The notes beneath the pieces are model-generated. The model was not told where the DNA came from. It searched no databases and saw nothing but the letters and a program-made list of their open reading frames with translations. Shown piece after piece: positions 23,631-35,899 of a stretch of 64,000 nt of DNA. How positions within the stretch are numbered: the first letter of the stretch is position 1; each line of letters starts with the position of its first letter. A program made the translations under genes and the position numbers. Source of the stretch: Dicyema japonicum (Eukaryota; Animalia; Dicyemida); NCBI GenBank assembly GCA_011109175.1, contig RDEW01000015.1:770868-834867 (forward strand), given 5' to 3'.

Positions 23631-24852
23631 TGAGAAATATTAATGAACTTGTTAAATTCAATTTTAACGAACTAAATATATAAATTTGTTATTAATTTAA
23701 TAAAATTCTAAATAATTAAATTTACTCTTGGGGGTGGAAATTTTTGGATGTGCGGTGATATTTCAAAATGGGCGCCGGGAAAAAGGGTTTAGAATCACTG
23801 GATTAGGGCATTGAATCTCAAAATTGCAAAATAACTTAAGAAAGAAAAGATGTAGTAGAAATTATATTCTACAAACAAATATTATCTTAACGTTATCCAG
23901 ATTTTCTTTTGAATCTGACCCTTCGAGATCATTGGAAAAGATCACCGGAAGTATATTTTGCTTTCATCCATAAACTTAATCATAATTTATGGCCAATTTA
24001 GCAGATTTTTAAATCATGTAATTGATCGGATATTTTTAACTGCAATCCATATAGTACATGTATTAAATAAAAAACTACATTTATTAAATAACAAAACATT
24101 CATGAATTAAGAACAATAATTCTCATGTTAACGCTCAATCAGATCCTGCTTGCTCAGGTACCTTCTATTTGGGGCAGACGAGATTAGAACCAAGATATTG
24201 ATGAATCTAATTTTTCCTTTCTGATACTCGTCATATTCGATGTCTTCTGAGTCCATTAAGAAGGGACGAGAAGAAATGAAAATATTAGTGTATTACAGCT
24301 ACGCTATAGTGCACCAGGGCTACGTAACTAGCTCAATTTTCTGACCAATTGACCGCTAGGGTAACTGGTCAACTACATTTTTATTAGCAAAATACATAGA
24401 ATCCTACGTGGAGCTTCTGACGGATAATCCTCCAAGTTCATTCAATTTTGGGCCAGCTGGATTTGGACATAGATCCTACGTGAATCCGACACTTTTTTCT
24501 CCGAATATCAAGTTTTTGATGACTCTCGAGTCCGTCCTATCGCAGTTCACGAGAATAAGCAAAACGAGGGCTTCCATCAATCATGAAGCAAAGTAGACAT
24601 TTAGCACAATAGAGGTATTTCGGGTGATTAAAATTCAAAGCCTCACTGTAAATCAAAAAAAGTCAATGCACTTAATATTTTACGGAATTTATTTTGTTAA
24701 TTTTAAGGTTAACAATGGAATGCCCTTTAGGAAAAACAATTCAGGCATGTAATCAATAGTCACGTTTTATTGATTTGTATATCACCTTATTTTTAAAATT
24801 CAATAATAATGAATTTCTATTTTACTATTAGTAAAAACTGTTAGATTTCTAA

Positions 24853-26380
24853 CTACATTCGAGATATTCTTTTAATCAGATCAGAAATATTAATATTTCC
24901 CGTCGTTTGAGTGCTCTTTGCCAGTTTGGAATCTAACTTTTTTTTAACTTCAATTATATTATCAGGAAGACTAAATAAAATCATTGGATCATCAAGGATG
25001 TCACCTAAATTTCGAGATTATGAATTCTTACAGTGTTCTAAATAAAATATTAAAAATTAAAAACCTTTGTTGGAGTTGTTCCATATGATGTTATTTGAAG
25101 ATCTCTCTATAGTTTCTAGAATGAAAAGAGAAAATTTACCAAAATTTGTCCATTGCTCAATTTCGGGCATAGAACCATTAATTCTGATTCCATTTGTAAT
25201 AAAATAATCATATGACGTCTGGTCAACTACTAATAGAGTAAGATATCCTCCAGAGTTTTTAAGAAGTTGGGCTAAAATATCATGTTCCATGTCTTCTACA
25301 TTCACACCGTTTACTTCTATAAGAATATCATTTTCTCTAATCCCGGCATTTTCTGCAGGGGAATCTTTGATCACGTTGATAAGAAAGTGATGATCAACCT
25401 TAGGCTCTCTAAAAAGAGTATATCCAAAAGTGGAATTTTCATTTTTTCTTAAATGGCACAATCGAGCAGTTGGAGTATTATCGGATGTCTCTCTAGAAAT
25501 CCTTGATCCATATGAATGTTTTGGACTCTCCAAAAAGTTTGGTGGAGTTGCTGTTTGTAGAGTATTCTCAAAATCAACATCTTGAGGAATTTCGTCAATA
25601 TTTTGAATAATTAATTCTACTTTCGGACTTTCTCCGGTAGTCTGAATTTCTTGATTTTTCCGGTAAATTTCAGTTTTAAAACCTTTTTTTATTAATCTTT
25701 TTTAAGATTTTTTAGTTTTGAATTCGAAAAATCACATTCATCAACTGAAAGCACAACATCCCGACCTTCAAACCAGAGGTATCTGCAGGACCTTCTGCTT
25801 TACTTCAGATACATAATTATCATTAACACCACTTTTCATTGAAAATCAAATCCATCATGGGAGCGTTCAATGTTTAATAACAATTCGGTCATTGTTGCCA
25901 ATTAACAGAATTTATAAAATTTATTTTTTATGTAAAAATATGAATAAAATAAAAATGAAAATATTATTTGATTAATTATAATTATTTATTTAAATAAAAA
26001 TAAAAGTAAAGTTTTCAAGAGGTGTATTAAAATTACTATTTCTACCTCGAACAGAAAAACGGTGACAAAAATTTATAATGTGAAGTTAATTAAACTTTCC
26101 TTGGCTGTAATTTTTGATTTTGTTCAATTTCTCATGCATGATTGCGCAATTTATTACTATGATTAATCATTAAGACAAACCACCATTCTCCAAATTATCA
26201 GAGAAAATGATAATTGCACATAAAACTTTGTCTATCTATGAATCTTTAATTCGTCAATTAATTTATGTGTGCTAGAAATCCAAGGAAATGAAGAATCCTA
26301 TAAAGCGACTTAGACAATTGTCAAATTGTCACGTTATTTCAACAAGTCCAATCAGCCAATGTTTTTAAACATGGTTCATT
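24853..26380 (-). CDS. NHERF/PDZK1-like multi-PDZ scaffold protein; 5' boundary uncertain
   Basis: ORF 25057-25533 has RLCHLRK..FGYTL..DSPAENAGIRENDILIEVNGVNVE..H..LLVVDQTSYDYF (NHERF-type PDZ). A second PDZ near 25720-25900 (GFDF..NYVSEVK..GPADTSGLKVGDVVLSVD) needs indel correction. Last exon ends ISDLIKRISRM*. Confidence 0.75.
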
Positions 26381-26484
26381 AAAATAAAATGTGATTTAAA
26401 AAACTATTATTATAAATTGGAATATTGAATGATAATTTGATTTCAAGTTTTAATATGGTCACCTAGAATAGTAATGTGTGTGAA

Positions 26485-27305
26485 CGTTAACGTCTGATGA
26501 CATCGGATTTGAAGGTCGTGGGTTCGAATTCTTGTCATACAGGTCCCACTTGTGAGGCGACGAGTCTTTCTGGCACGACACAGTAGTTAAAAAGGATCTT
26601 CCTACCTTTCTTCTTGACCAAATCCTCTGATGAAGATTGCATTATGAAAACTATTCCACTAAAGCAGTGGTTCTCAACCTTTATTGGTCGCGAACCCCCA
26701 ACATATTTTTACAAGTTTTTTTGTCAAAAAATTATTACTTTTCTAAAAACACAATTTATTATTAAAAAAGGAAATAAAATTGATGAGAAGGTTGATGTTG
26801 TTTTTTTGAGAATTTTTTTTCAATTTGAGTACTCTGATGTCATCCTCAATATTCAGTCGTGCACGATAAGTATTTTTTATATTGAGAAGTGCTGAAAACC
26901 CATGTTTGCATAAATACGTTGTCGGAAAAATAATACTATTGTGTGACAGAATTTTCATACAAACAACACATTTTGGGCTTTCAAATCCATTTTTTCAATA
27001 CAAGTAAACCCATATTTGATATAATCAGGATTATAAATAAAATTTAAATAAAGGTTCAGAAGTATCTCGCGGACTCCAGGTTGAGAACCACTGTAAAGAA
27101 TGAAGTAATGTCCGCGGACGGTAAGACGTGGGACAAAAATGGAAGATGGAAGACCTACTTCTCCACCTCTCTTCGGAAGCGGAAGCCTGTAATGAAGTAT
27201 TGGTAGATGGATTTTGTCAACACAAGCAGATGTTCCTTCCTTGGATTAGTTATGATTGTTTGTGGTGGGTTTACAATGGTAAGCCTGGGGTTAATAATAA
27301 TAATA
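26485..27305 (+). mobile_element. SINE family 1 (tRNA-type B box), interrupted by a hAT MITE, (AAT)n tail
   Basis: GAAGGTCGTGGGTTCGAAT head. Sequence on both sides of 26665-27093 is contiguous in the uninterrupted copy at 43020-43310. Ends GGGGTTAATAATAATAAT. Confidence 0.75.
26665..27093 (-). mobile_element. Buster/Charlie-type hAT deletion derivative
   Basis: 16-bp perfect TIR CAGTGGTTCTCAACCT; TAAAG direct repeat on both flanks; internal transposase C-terminus FPTTYLCKHGFSALLNIKNTYRARLNIEDDIRV. Confidence 0.9.
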
Positions 27306-27334
27306 TCTGAACGCCTGCTCGTGATACGAAAAAA

Positions 27335-27830
27335 AACCTTCCCGTTGTGGAGATTTATCCAGGACTCTAAAACTCATTGCAGGAAAAGGACGGGTATGGA
27401 CACAATTTTTTTTAATTTATTAACCCGGATACACCGAGAAAGAAGTTAAAGTAAACAACTAATTAAGTGTATCCAGTTTCCACTTGTACAGAAACAGAGT
27501 ACATCCGGAATCAACATAAAAGGTAAGACGTCCATTACCTGCAATTGTGGAAACCCCTCCAGTGGAGTGGGGAAAAGCAAATGATCCTTTTTCGTGCCGG
27601 CTTGGCACTGGGCGTCACCTAGACAGGTGGATCACATGACACCACTCTAATAGGAAGAGAGAGGAGGAACAGACAAGCAAGCAGAAAACTTCAATCAATT
27701 AACCACGCAGCACCACATGGCGCCACGCGGCCAATTTAAAATTTAAACAGAAATCATTTAATTAGTCGATAATTTTTTTCCTCTTTTTCGTGATTCCAGA
27801 GTTAATAAAATTAAATTAAAATTAATTAGT
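27335..27830 (+). mobile_element. LINE 3' end fragment split by the B2 insertion
   Basis: 27335-27405 and 27745-27830 match consecutive parts of 59960-60100. Confidence 0.65.
27415..27732 (-). mobile_element. Family B short element (B2)
   Basis: Near-identical to B1. Pseudoknot at 27582-27643, with GGTGTCA/TGACGCC keeping P1 through a G-U wobble. Confidence 0.9.
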
Positions 27831-27899
27831 TCTGTCTCTCTAGTTGCGATTATTAGTTCGATTCCTAGACCACTATGCCTAAAAGATTTCGTTCTATCA

Positions 27900-28620
27900 A
27901 CAATAACAATTTATTAACAAGATTAAGAGTTTTCTGGAGGTATTACATCTGAGTCCTACCATTTAGCTTGGTCTCAACACCTGAACCCTTCCTCCTTTTT
28001 AATTTTCTCAGAACGTTTCTCCAGTTCTACATACGTGTCATGGATATTTGATCTTCTCTTGAAATCATTCTACACAATCCTGCTAATCGGCTCTAACAGC
28101 TTGTCTTCGTCCTCGCTTAGACAGTCTCTCAGTTTCTTGTTTTAGGATAACTTAATTGCCGTTTTCCTTGTCTTCTCAAAGAGGAATAAGATTTACTCCT
28201 TCGTAGAAGAGAACAACTGGTCGCGCACATAAAGTAGGCTAGGGAGAATAACTCACTTGAAGATGAATAGTAAGGTGTCACGGATAAGGTGTAACTTTTG
28301 TGTATATAAGAGCGACTGAAAATCTCTCATCCTCCTCTCCCTTATGTCGTCCATGTAATCTCCTACGTGTCTATAGTCGACCCCCAGGTATCGCAGACTG
28401 CGAGCATTGTTTACTCCCAGTGCGTAATCATGTTTCAGGTGCTTTTTCACTGCTTATTCGGAGTGTGATTTTTTCAGCAGAGAGCTTTAACCCTCTCACC
28501 ATTGTTCAATCTGGTCCACATACTCCCGGATTCTTCTATCAGATATAGAAGATTTTAGGAATGTGTCAACCACAATTACGTCATCCATATAAATAAGAAG
28601 ACTAGTATTAATATTCCTCG
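27900..28620 (-). mobile_element. LINE RT relic
   Basis: LYMDDVIVV..RSLRYLGVDY..VILPSLLY. Confidence 0.6.
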
Positions 28621-29030
28621 GACGTGGAAAACTCGCAATGAATTAAATATTTTTATGGAGCTGATCTCTGAATATCAAAAGTGTTTCCTTCGTTATGCAT
28701 ACACCCTCTGGTTAATTTAATATAATCAGTTCGATCTCCTGATCAATCAAACACTTGTTTTACCAAATATTAATTTTTGTTCGAAAACAGAATCAAATAG
28801 ATTAGTAAAAAAATTATCTTCCGAAAAAAGTGGGGGTTGATCAAATCGATGTCAATTCTCAGGAACCGTAAAAACAATCTCTAATCACGAAAGTCTCAAA
28901 ATTGCGGCACAACTAGTCGAGAAAATTTGACTTTCAGCAAAGATGTTATAAAATTTAATAATAAAAGTTAAAAAATATTTTTTTTAATTTAAAAAATAAA
29001 AGCATTTAAGTGCTGGGTGTTTTTCTCGTT

Positions 29031-29852
29031 ATGTCTAACTATGACAGAACAACCACTATTTTTTCACCCGACGGAAGGCTTTTTCAGGTGGATTACGCAC
29101 AGAAGACAGCAACCATGGGAAACAACGCGGTATCAATGATTTTTATTTTAACTAGGTCGGTGTTTGTGGGAAAAACATAATTGTTTTGGGAGTCGAGAGA
29201 ATATTCGCAGAAAAACTGCAAATCGAAAGTACTGTAAGAATGATTGAAACAATTGACGATCATATCGCCGTAGCCTTTGCAGGACTTACGGCAGACGCCA
29301 GAAAAGTCATCAAGGATGCCCGAATTTACTCCCTAAGCCACAGATTGATGATGGAAGATTCTATTTTGCCGTCAAATCTTGCCAGATTCGTAGCTGACTT
29401 AAAACAGAAGTTCACCAGATCTTCCGGTAGAAGGCCTTTAGGCTTCTCAATGCTCATTGTGGGCTTCGATAACGAGCACCCACACTTGTACATGACGGAT
29501 CCGGCTGGGAATTACTGCGAGTGGAAAGTAGAGATCTAAAATCCATAAAGGCCACTGCTATTGGGAGAAACAGCAGTTCAGTTTTAAAATTTTTGGAAAA
29601 AAATTACAACGAAGAGGTTGCTTCTTCTGACCATCAAGTCAAGAAATTTACTCTGAGAGCTCTTTTGGACAATGTCCACAATAGTGTGGACAATTTAGAG
29701 TTGGCATATATGAGTAAAGATCAAAAATTGACAGTTGTGATCATTTTGACTCGTAGACATTAACCAGTGATGAATTAAACTCTTTAACTGAAGAAATTGA
29801 AAAAGATAAACAAAATGAGATCGTGGCTAGAAGGACTGGAAGATTAGTTTGA
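29031..29852 (+). CDS. PSMA7: Proteasome subunit alpha type-7 (alpha4)
   Basis: Introns 29130-29155, 29528-29550 and 29734-29756 give an open frame: MSNYDRTTTIFSPDGRLFQVDYA..AFAGLTADAR..GRRPLG..TDPAGNYCEWK-ATAIGR..FLEKNY..TGRLV*. Confidence 0.95.
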
Positions 29853-30867
29853 ACTTTATTTGGACTTGGGCTTGGTTTTCTTTATGAAATTATACTGTTT
29901 TTTGATAGTAAATATTTAAATTTTTACTGATTTCAGAAATGAGGGATACTTACTGATTGTATCATTAAATCTGAGTCATGTCGTGATTGCATCTTATTTA
30001 CTGGGAAGAGACTAATGGATGACTTTTTCATTTTTAAGTGGTGATCTTTCGAGACGCACATCAACTTGCTTACTGCTCCACCATTTTTATTTTCTGGCCA
30101 TTCTGACTAGTCAAATACCGACTCTGGTCAACGAAAGATTGAATAGGTGCTCAGTTCTTGGACATCGCTTTCTAAATTTCCGGAGATGTTGGTAAGTGAG
30201 CCATCAATGAAATTAGGAATGCAATCTCGACGTCACTTAGAGACTTTTGTGAACAAAGATGTTTTTTTATTTACGTTCTTCTGAAACTGATTAAATGTTA
30301 ATTTTTAAGTTTAAACTTTTTTATACTCTAAAATAACATTATATTGAGCTCTTGTATTAAATACAAGTTTTCATTGATCTGAGCGCCTATATGTTAGAAT
30401 GAGAACACATGGCTCCCGTTTTAATGTCAAAATATACCGCAGTTAACGATTTAATTGGAAAATTAAAATTTCTTTTTCTGAATCAATAAATCCCAGAGCT
30501 ACGTTTGATGAGATCAAATTATCTCTAGATGTAATCATCACAAAATCTAATTAGAAAAATTGCAAAACTCACGGGATTCAATCCAAGAAAGTTTTGCAGA
30601 TTTTGAAAAGATTAATTCTATAAAGGGGATATTTAAAATTATTTTATCGAAATGTATGAGAAGAATGATTTAATGTTGTCAAAATGACTAACAAATCAAT
30701 AAATCCAAAGACATATTACAACTTTCTAAAAATGTCCCGCTACTTTAGATGCAATAGAACAATATTTCTCCCGTTTGAAAAAAACAGATGTCTAAAGATA
30801 GAAATTTTAATGAAAACAACGTTGACAAATATTTCATGCTAAATTACAATTTCTTAAACAATTATGT

Positions 30868-31870
30868 TTTATTTAACCAACAATAAAAAGTTAATATTTA
30901 ATAATCAACAACCTTCCTAGCTTGCCTGTTCGCCAGCCTCCTCAGGCAGGTTCGCTTCTAGTTGCTAAAACAACTCCGAGAGCGCCTTGTCCAATTGAAC
31001 CCTCTGCCAATATGGCATCTTTGAGCTCTGCCTCCTATACTCCAGTGTCAGGATCTCTAGGGTCCGCTTTAATACAGTGACTGTAGATTGGCCTGGAGCT
31101 TCCTATCTACGCCTAACTGCTTCAGATAACCCTTGTGGTACTTTGTTGCAATTCCTTCCCACGTCATTACTATTGGAATAACGAGGACCTTGCAACCTAG
31201 CATCTGCCCCATTTCGTTTGCAAGCAAGTCACTTCCTTTTTTTCTCTACCTCCACAGTCTGGAAACGGTCTTGAGACGTAACGCCAACCTCTATGATAAG
31301 AACTTGGCCAGACTCCAATGTACCACAATGTCCAATTTATTGTCTTGACTAGCATCGAGGTACGGATAACACTGTCTACCTTAATTTGGACACTGGTGTT
31401 CTCTACTACAGATTGCACCTTATGAGTCCGCAACTTTCTGGTGTGGCGAATACCATACTTATTGCATAGTAGAAGATAACTCCTTACTACCTCTTTATGC
31501 CTCCACACATAGTCGTGGCAGAACATGGATCCGCACCGAGTGGTTAAATGATCAACCGACATGCTCCTTGACTTCAATGGAGACATGTATTTGTCGATCG
31601 ACCCCAAAAGATATTGCGGTCTTGCATATACGTGTACAGCGCCTCCGACCTAGGTGAGTTGCCATATGTGACGATTAAGGTTGACATTGGTTAACATGCT
31701 CTGAAGAGTACCTTATAAGGGTTTTTTAAGTTGATCTTTTCCATCATATTATTATGTAATTCGATCAACGCCTTCACATTTACTAGCCCACCATCATAAA
31801 CACCGTACTTAGCAGACAAAAAAAGTCTGATAGTCCTAGGTGGGTTGCCCGTGTTTTCTCGGTCGTTATT
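30868..31870 (-). mobile_element. R4-like element, 3' portion
   Basis: DHLTTRCGSMFCHDYVWRHKEVVR..; 30868-31320 is near-identical to 59490-59945. Confidence 0.85.
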
Positions 31871-31989
31871 ATGGCGTGCTTCCTATCAGACACACTTGAC
31901 CCAGCTATCAGGGTGGAGAATAATTTAAAGCCAGATTAAGTATTTGTGATATTTTGTTTACAGTTAAACGTTAAAAACACAGAAAAAAC

Positions 31990-32345
31990 TCCACCTATAC
32001 GCAAGGCCATATTAGCTATAGCTCCGCTCAGGCAAAACACACTTTATTTAAGTAAAGAATAAACAGTTATTATTATCGTAAGGGAGAAGTAAAGAACAGT
32101 TATTATAACTAATCGTAGAGGGAGAACAAAGGAAGCTCTTCACTTCTTTTTTTCTTTATGTTGGATATATGTCCTTTATAGACGATCAGGTTGCGCACTG
32201 AAATGTTTCTGATGACGGCGTTACCCGTTAAGGCAAAGCATCGTAGATCCGTGGAACCTTCAATCGAAATGTAAAGTAGCGGGATTCGGACTAGGGACAT
32301 CAGGTCTCTTGCCCGGCTCTCTTACGACTGAAGAGTCAATTATTA
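31990..32345 (-). mobile_element. SINE family 2 copy
   Basis: Shares GGTTCCACG.ATCTACGATG, TCATCAG and AAATAAAGTGTG...GCGGAGCTAT with 44985-45282. Confidence 0.75.
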
Positions 32346-32359
32346 ATTAATTAAAAAGC

Positions 32360-32795
32360 ATTCCCGAGAAAGCGTAAAATTAGTTAAATTTCCTTTGTGC
32401 CGTATTCCAAATCATCCTCTCCGTCAGCTCCTATGATCTTCCGTTGCGCGCTAGTTCTCTAGGTAGTCCAGGTGTCCGCCATTTCCATTATAATGTCAGA
32501 TGTTGCCACACTATTGTAACACAGAGAATCAGATCCTGATGGACTGAAAATCCGAAACCATGATGCCGGCAGACCGGTGAGAGGGTAAAAAGGTGGAATC
32601 TGCCAAACAGTTCTGTTCGGTCGTTTTTGTCTCTTGTAGACATCAGACAGAGATGTCATATTTTGTTAGATCGCATGTCATATTTTGTTAGATCGTTTAA
32701 GTCTTCTGCAATTTAAAGATCCAGAGTGAACGGAGAAGTCGGTAAGGAATACGAATAAGACATAATGCAATAGAGACGTCGTCACCACTTCAACC
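32360..32795 (-). mobile_element. Non-autonomous bipartite RTE derivative (copy 2)
   Basis: Colinear with 18575-19015 across the CATCTGAC|(T/A)TTATAATGGAA junction. Internal 22-bp tandem duplication near 32653-32697. Confidence 0.8.
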
Positions 32796-33039
32796 AAAAA
32801 AGAGTCAATTGGTAGCACCAAAAAGCACAAAATAATAAAATAATAAAAAATTAATTGTTCTAAGATTTCCTGATTTTACTATTTTGTTTTTAAAATGTCC
32901 TAAACAATTGTTCTAATAATATTTCCGCCATACTATCGGTGTTTTCCTTGAAAAATCTGAGAGCACGTTGTACGATTTTAAACTCAAAAAAAAGAAAGCC
33001 CACTATGCGATATTGTGTATGAGGAAATTGAGACTTGGG

Positions 33040-33350
33040 AATCTTTTTGCGGTTCTTTGGCAAAAATGGCATGATGTCGATAAATGTCGACAGTAACACC
33101 GCGACTGCATTTGTTAACTTCCAGTTCAAGTCTGATGGAGATGCAAATGTAGATAGTATCGTCATAAAGGAGGGTTTCAACGCTTCCAATCGGAAGGGCA
33201 TTGATCTGAGAACCACTCGCCTTGTATCTTCCAACAACCCTACAAATGCGATACTCCATATCTTTGATCCCGGAAATGATCAAATCCTTCATTGCTGATT
33301 TGGGCGAAAGAAACGATTCAATTTTTACATAATAGATTTTTTGCATGTCT
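33040..33350 (-). mobile_element. CRE relic
   Basis: INALPIGSVETLLYDDTIYICISIRLEL..VDIYRHHA is homologous to the CRE segment at 4580-4740. Confidence 0.7.
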
Positions 33351-33457
33351 CTTCTTTTTTAGGTTGCTTTTTTAAAGCATCACATCACAAAACCGGTTTA
33401 TTGAATTAAGGGCCTTAATTTTGAGACAAAAATGGCAAAAAAATACTACCAAGAAAA

Positions 33458-34525
33458 CAGAGTGTCATATAAATTAATATGGTTAAGGTCAATCAATTTG
33501 TTCTCCGCCGACATAATTAATGTAGCGTTACCTTTCATGAGTCAATGGAGATTAACTGGAGAAGCAACTGGTTAAGACCAATTGATTAATATCTGGTGTA
33601 AAATCCTGAGTTACCGTCAATTTTATAATTTCACTTAAATGAGTGTGAGCCTCGAACGAAATCTTGTTTTGTTTATGTTCATTAAAGAGAACAGTTGTTC
33701 ACATAGATATGTACTCCCAAACATGGACAAAATCTTCGCAGCTAGGGCTATTAAGTTGGAATATTTCGTCAAGAGATATTTATAAAAGCTGCCTAAGCTC
33801 ACCATGGTGAATTTATTTTTCAGATCTGATTCATATTTCAAATCAATAATTTCCAGTTGTAGACTGGCTGGAAGATCAGCAATATTTGCAGCAATGGTGA
33901 TCGAAAAACAGTAAATTAATTTTCAAGTTCACGGAAAATTTCAAAACTGTCGTAGCAATTCTGTAATTTTCTCTTTATCCGATTTATGTCAACATTAGAT
34001 GCAGTGGAAATTACACTTTTTAGACAAGAAAAATGCTCAGGGTTTTCCGCTGTCAATTGTGTCTCCCATAACATTAGTTTCATAATGAAAGCTGTATGCA
34101 TTCGAAATATTGTGTAATAACTTTATTTCGGCCTTCAAACTTTTGTTAAGTGTGCTCAGGTGTTCTTATATATCCACCAAAAAAGCTAAATCTAGCAACC
34201 AATCAAGAGATTATATTCTGGTAATGGTTTGTTCTTTGCAAACATGAAGTGTTTGATTTCTTCTCTTAAACCAAAAAATCTCTTCAATGACAAACCTCGA
34301 CTTAACCACCTTACTTCGGAATGATATGGTAATCCGTAGTAAAACCAATATCGCTGAGAAAATTGTCGAATTGACGGTGATTTAGACCTCTGGCACGGAT
34401 AAAATTTACTGTTCGGACGACCACCTCCATTACATGATCATTTTTCCATTTTTAACGAATACACTTTTAAACTTATGTCGCGGGCTATATGAGACCATAC
34501 CGCAGGCCGAATCTTTGACACCCTA
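33458..34525 (-). mobile_element. SPIN/GTF2IRD2-like hAT transposon remnant
   Basis: AAKILSMFGSTYLCEQLFSLMNINKTRFRSRLT; FIMKLMLWETQL; TIR-like TAGGGTGTCAAA at 34514-34525. Left end is tentative. Confidence 0.75.
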
Positions 34526-34679
34526 GTATAAACATTTCAACAGTATCTAGGAAGCTGTAAGCATTAAAATCAATATATTTTATCTAATATTTAATTTTCC
34601 CTTATAAATATGAATAAAATTTAATTTTAAAAATTTAAATTTTTTTAATTAATGTTTATAAAACTATGGATTGCCAACT

Positions 34680-35560
34680 TCTTAAGTGGGAGACGTGGAC
34701 AAGTCATTTGCAATAACATAAAGTAAAAATCTCGTCTCATACCAAATGGAGTCCCTCAAGGATCTTCACTATCGCCAGCCCTTTTCAACCTGTACATCAA
34801 TGACATTCCGAAACTGCCCTACGAAAATTGTCTTCTATTATACGCGGACGATATCATTATCGCTGCAAATGACAAGTACCAAACTGCCTACCACGATGGC
34901 CAAGAACATGCTTAACAATTTAACTTCTTGGCTTAAGAAACTCCTTCTTGAAGCTTCCCCTACAAAATCACCCTATTTACAACGTGCAAGAGGCACTTTT
35001 CATTTAAACCTAACATTTCTCTCAATAAAACAGTAATTCCCATCAGTTACACACCAAATATAATTGAAGTGACACTCGACCAGGACTCTCTTTCGCAAAG
35101 CATGTGGATAATCGGGTAACGGCCGCACTGAAGGGGATGACGTATTAAAAGTCGTTACCAAGGCTCTCATAAGTGACGCTGGATGCCTTCAGATGATCTA
35201 CAAACAGTTTGTCTAGCCGACGTTGCTCTAAGCAAGTGAGGCTTGGTCTCTGTCTCAAGAACATCGACCATCAAATATTCAAAAGGCCGCAAAGACTATT
35301 ATCGGCCCAACATTCTCCTCTAAATCTACAGATCTTTTCATCCAAAAACAAAGAATTCTTATCAGAGAAGCAAGAATACCAAATCATCATCTGCATGAGG
35401 TACTCATCTCATATCTCCAGACGAACAAGAGATATGAGCCGAAGCCATGCCCTTTTAGAAGGGCAATTCTGGACGCCCGTCCCCGGCGGACCCAGGTCCC
35501 TAGTTGTCAGGTAGTTAAGAACTTTATTCTTTTAATTCGGTGATCCTGAGACAATAATAA
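34680..35560 (+). mobile_element. I/Jockey-like LINE 3' half, decayed
   Basis: GVPQGSSLSPALFNLYINDIP..LLYADDIII. The 3' tail resembles 13480-13545. Confidence 0.8.
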
Positions 35561-35899
35561 GTAATGTTAAGTATTTTGCGGCTTTTTTGTTGAGCTGATA
35601 ACGTGGGTCATGAAGACTGTCTTGAAAACATGGAATTTAGAAGCATGACCTCTACCTTTTGACGTTCAATGTCAAGGGCTCTCTAGTATTTGGAAAGAAG
35701 AGAACTTAGTGAGATACAGAATATCATTCGGATGTCTTCAACAGACAAAATTAACTAACAAAATAAAATAAGAGGGAGTTTCATGCTAATCTTCATTCCC
35801 GGCGAATCCAAGCTCTAAGAGTGAACTCGTCTGAAAAATTTACGCTATTGCAATATAAATGAATGAATTTGGATACTACAAATAAAATTGGACAATTTA

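Noticed and set aside
26628-26650. CTGATGA..GAAA in SINE1
   Set aside because: Stem II does not pair canonically, stems I and III cannot be formed, and the second copy reads CTGTTGA.
29900-30800. Coding-like fragments converging on PSMA7
   Set aside because: Interrupted by stops, with no identifiable motif.
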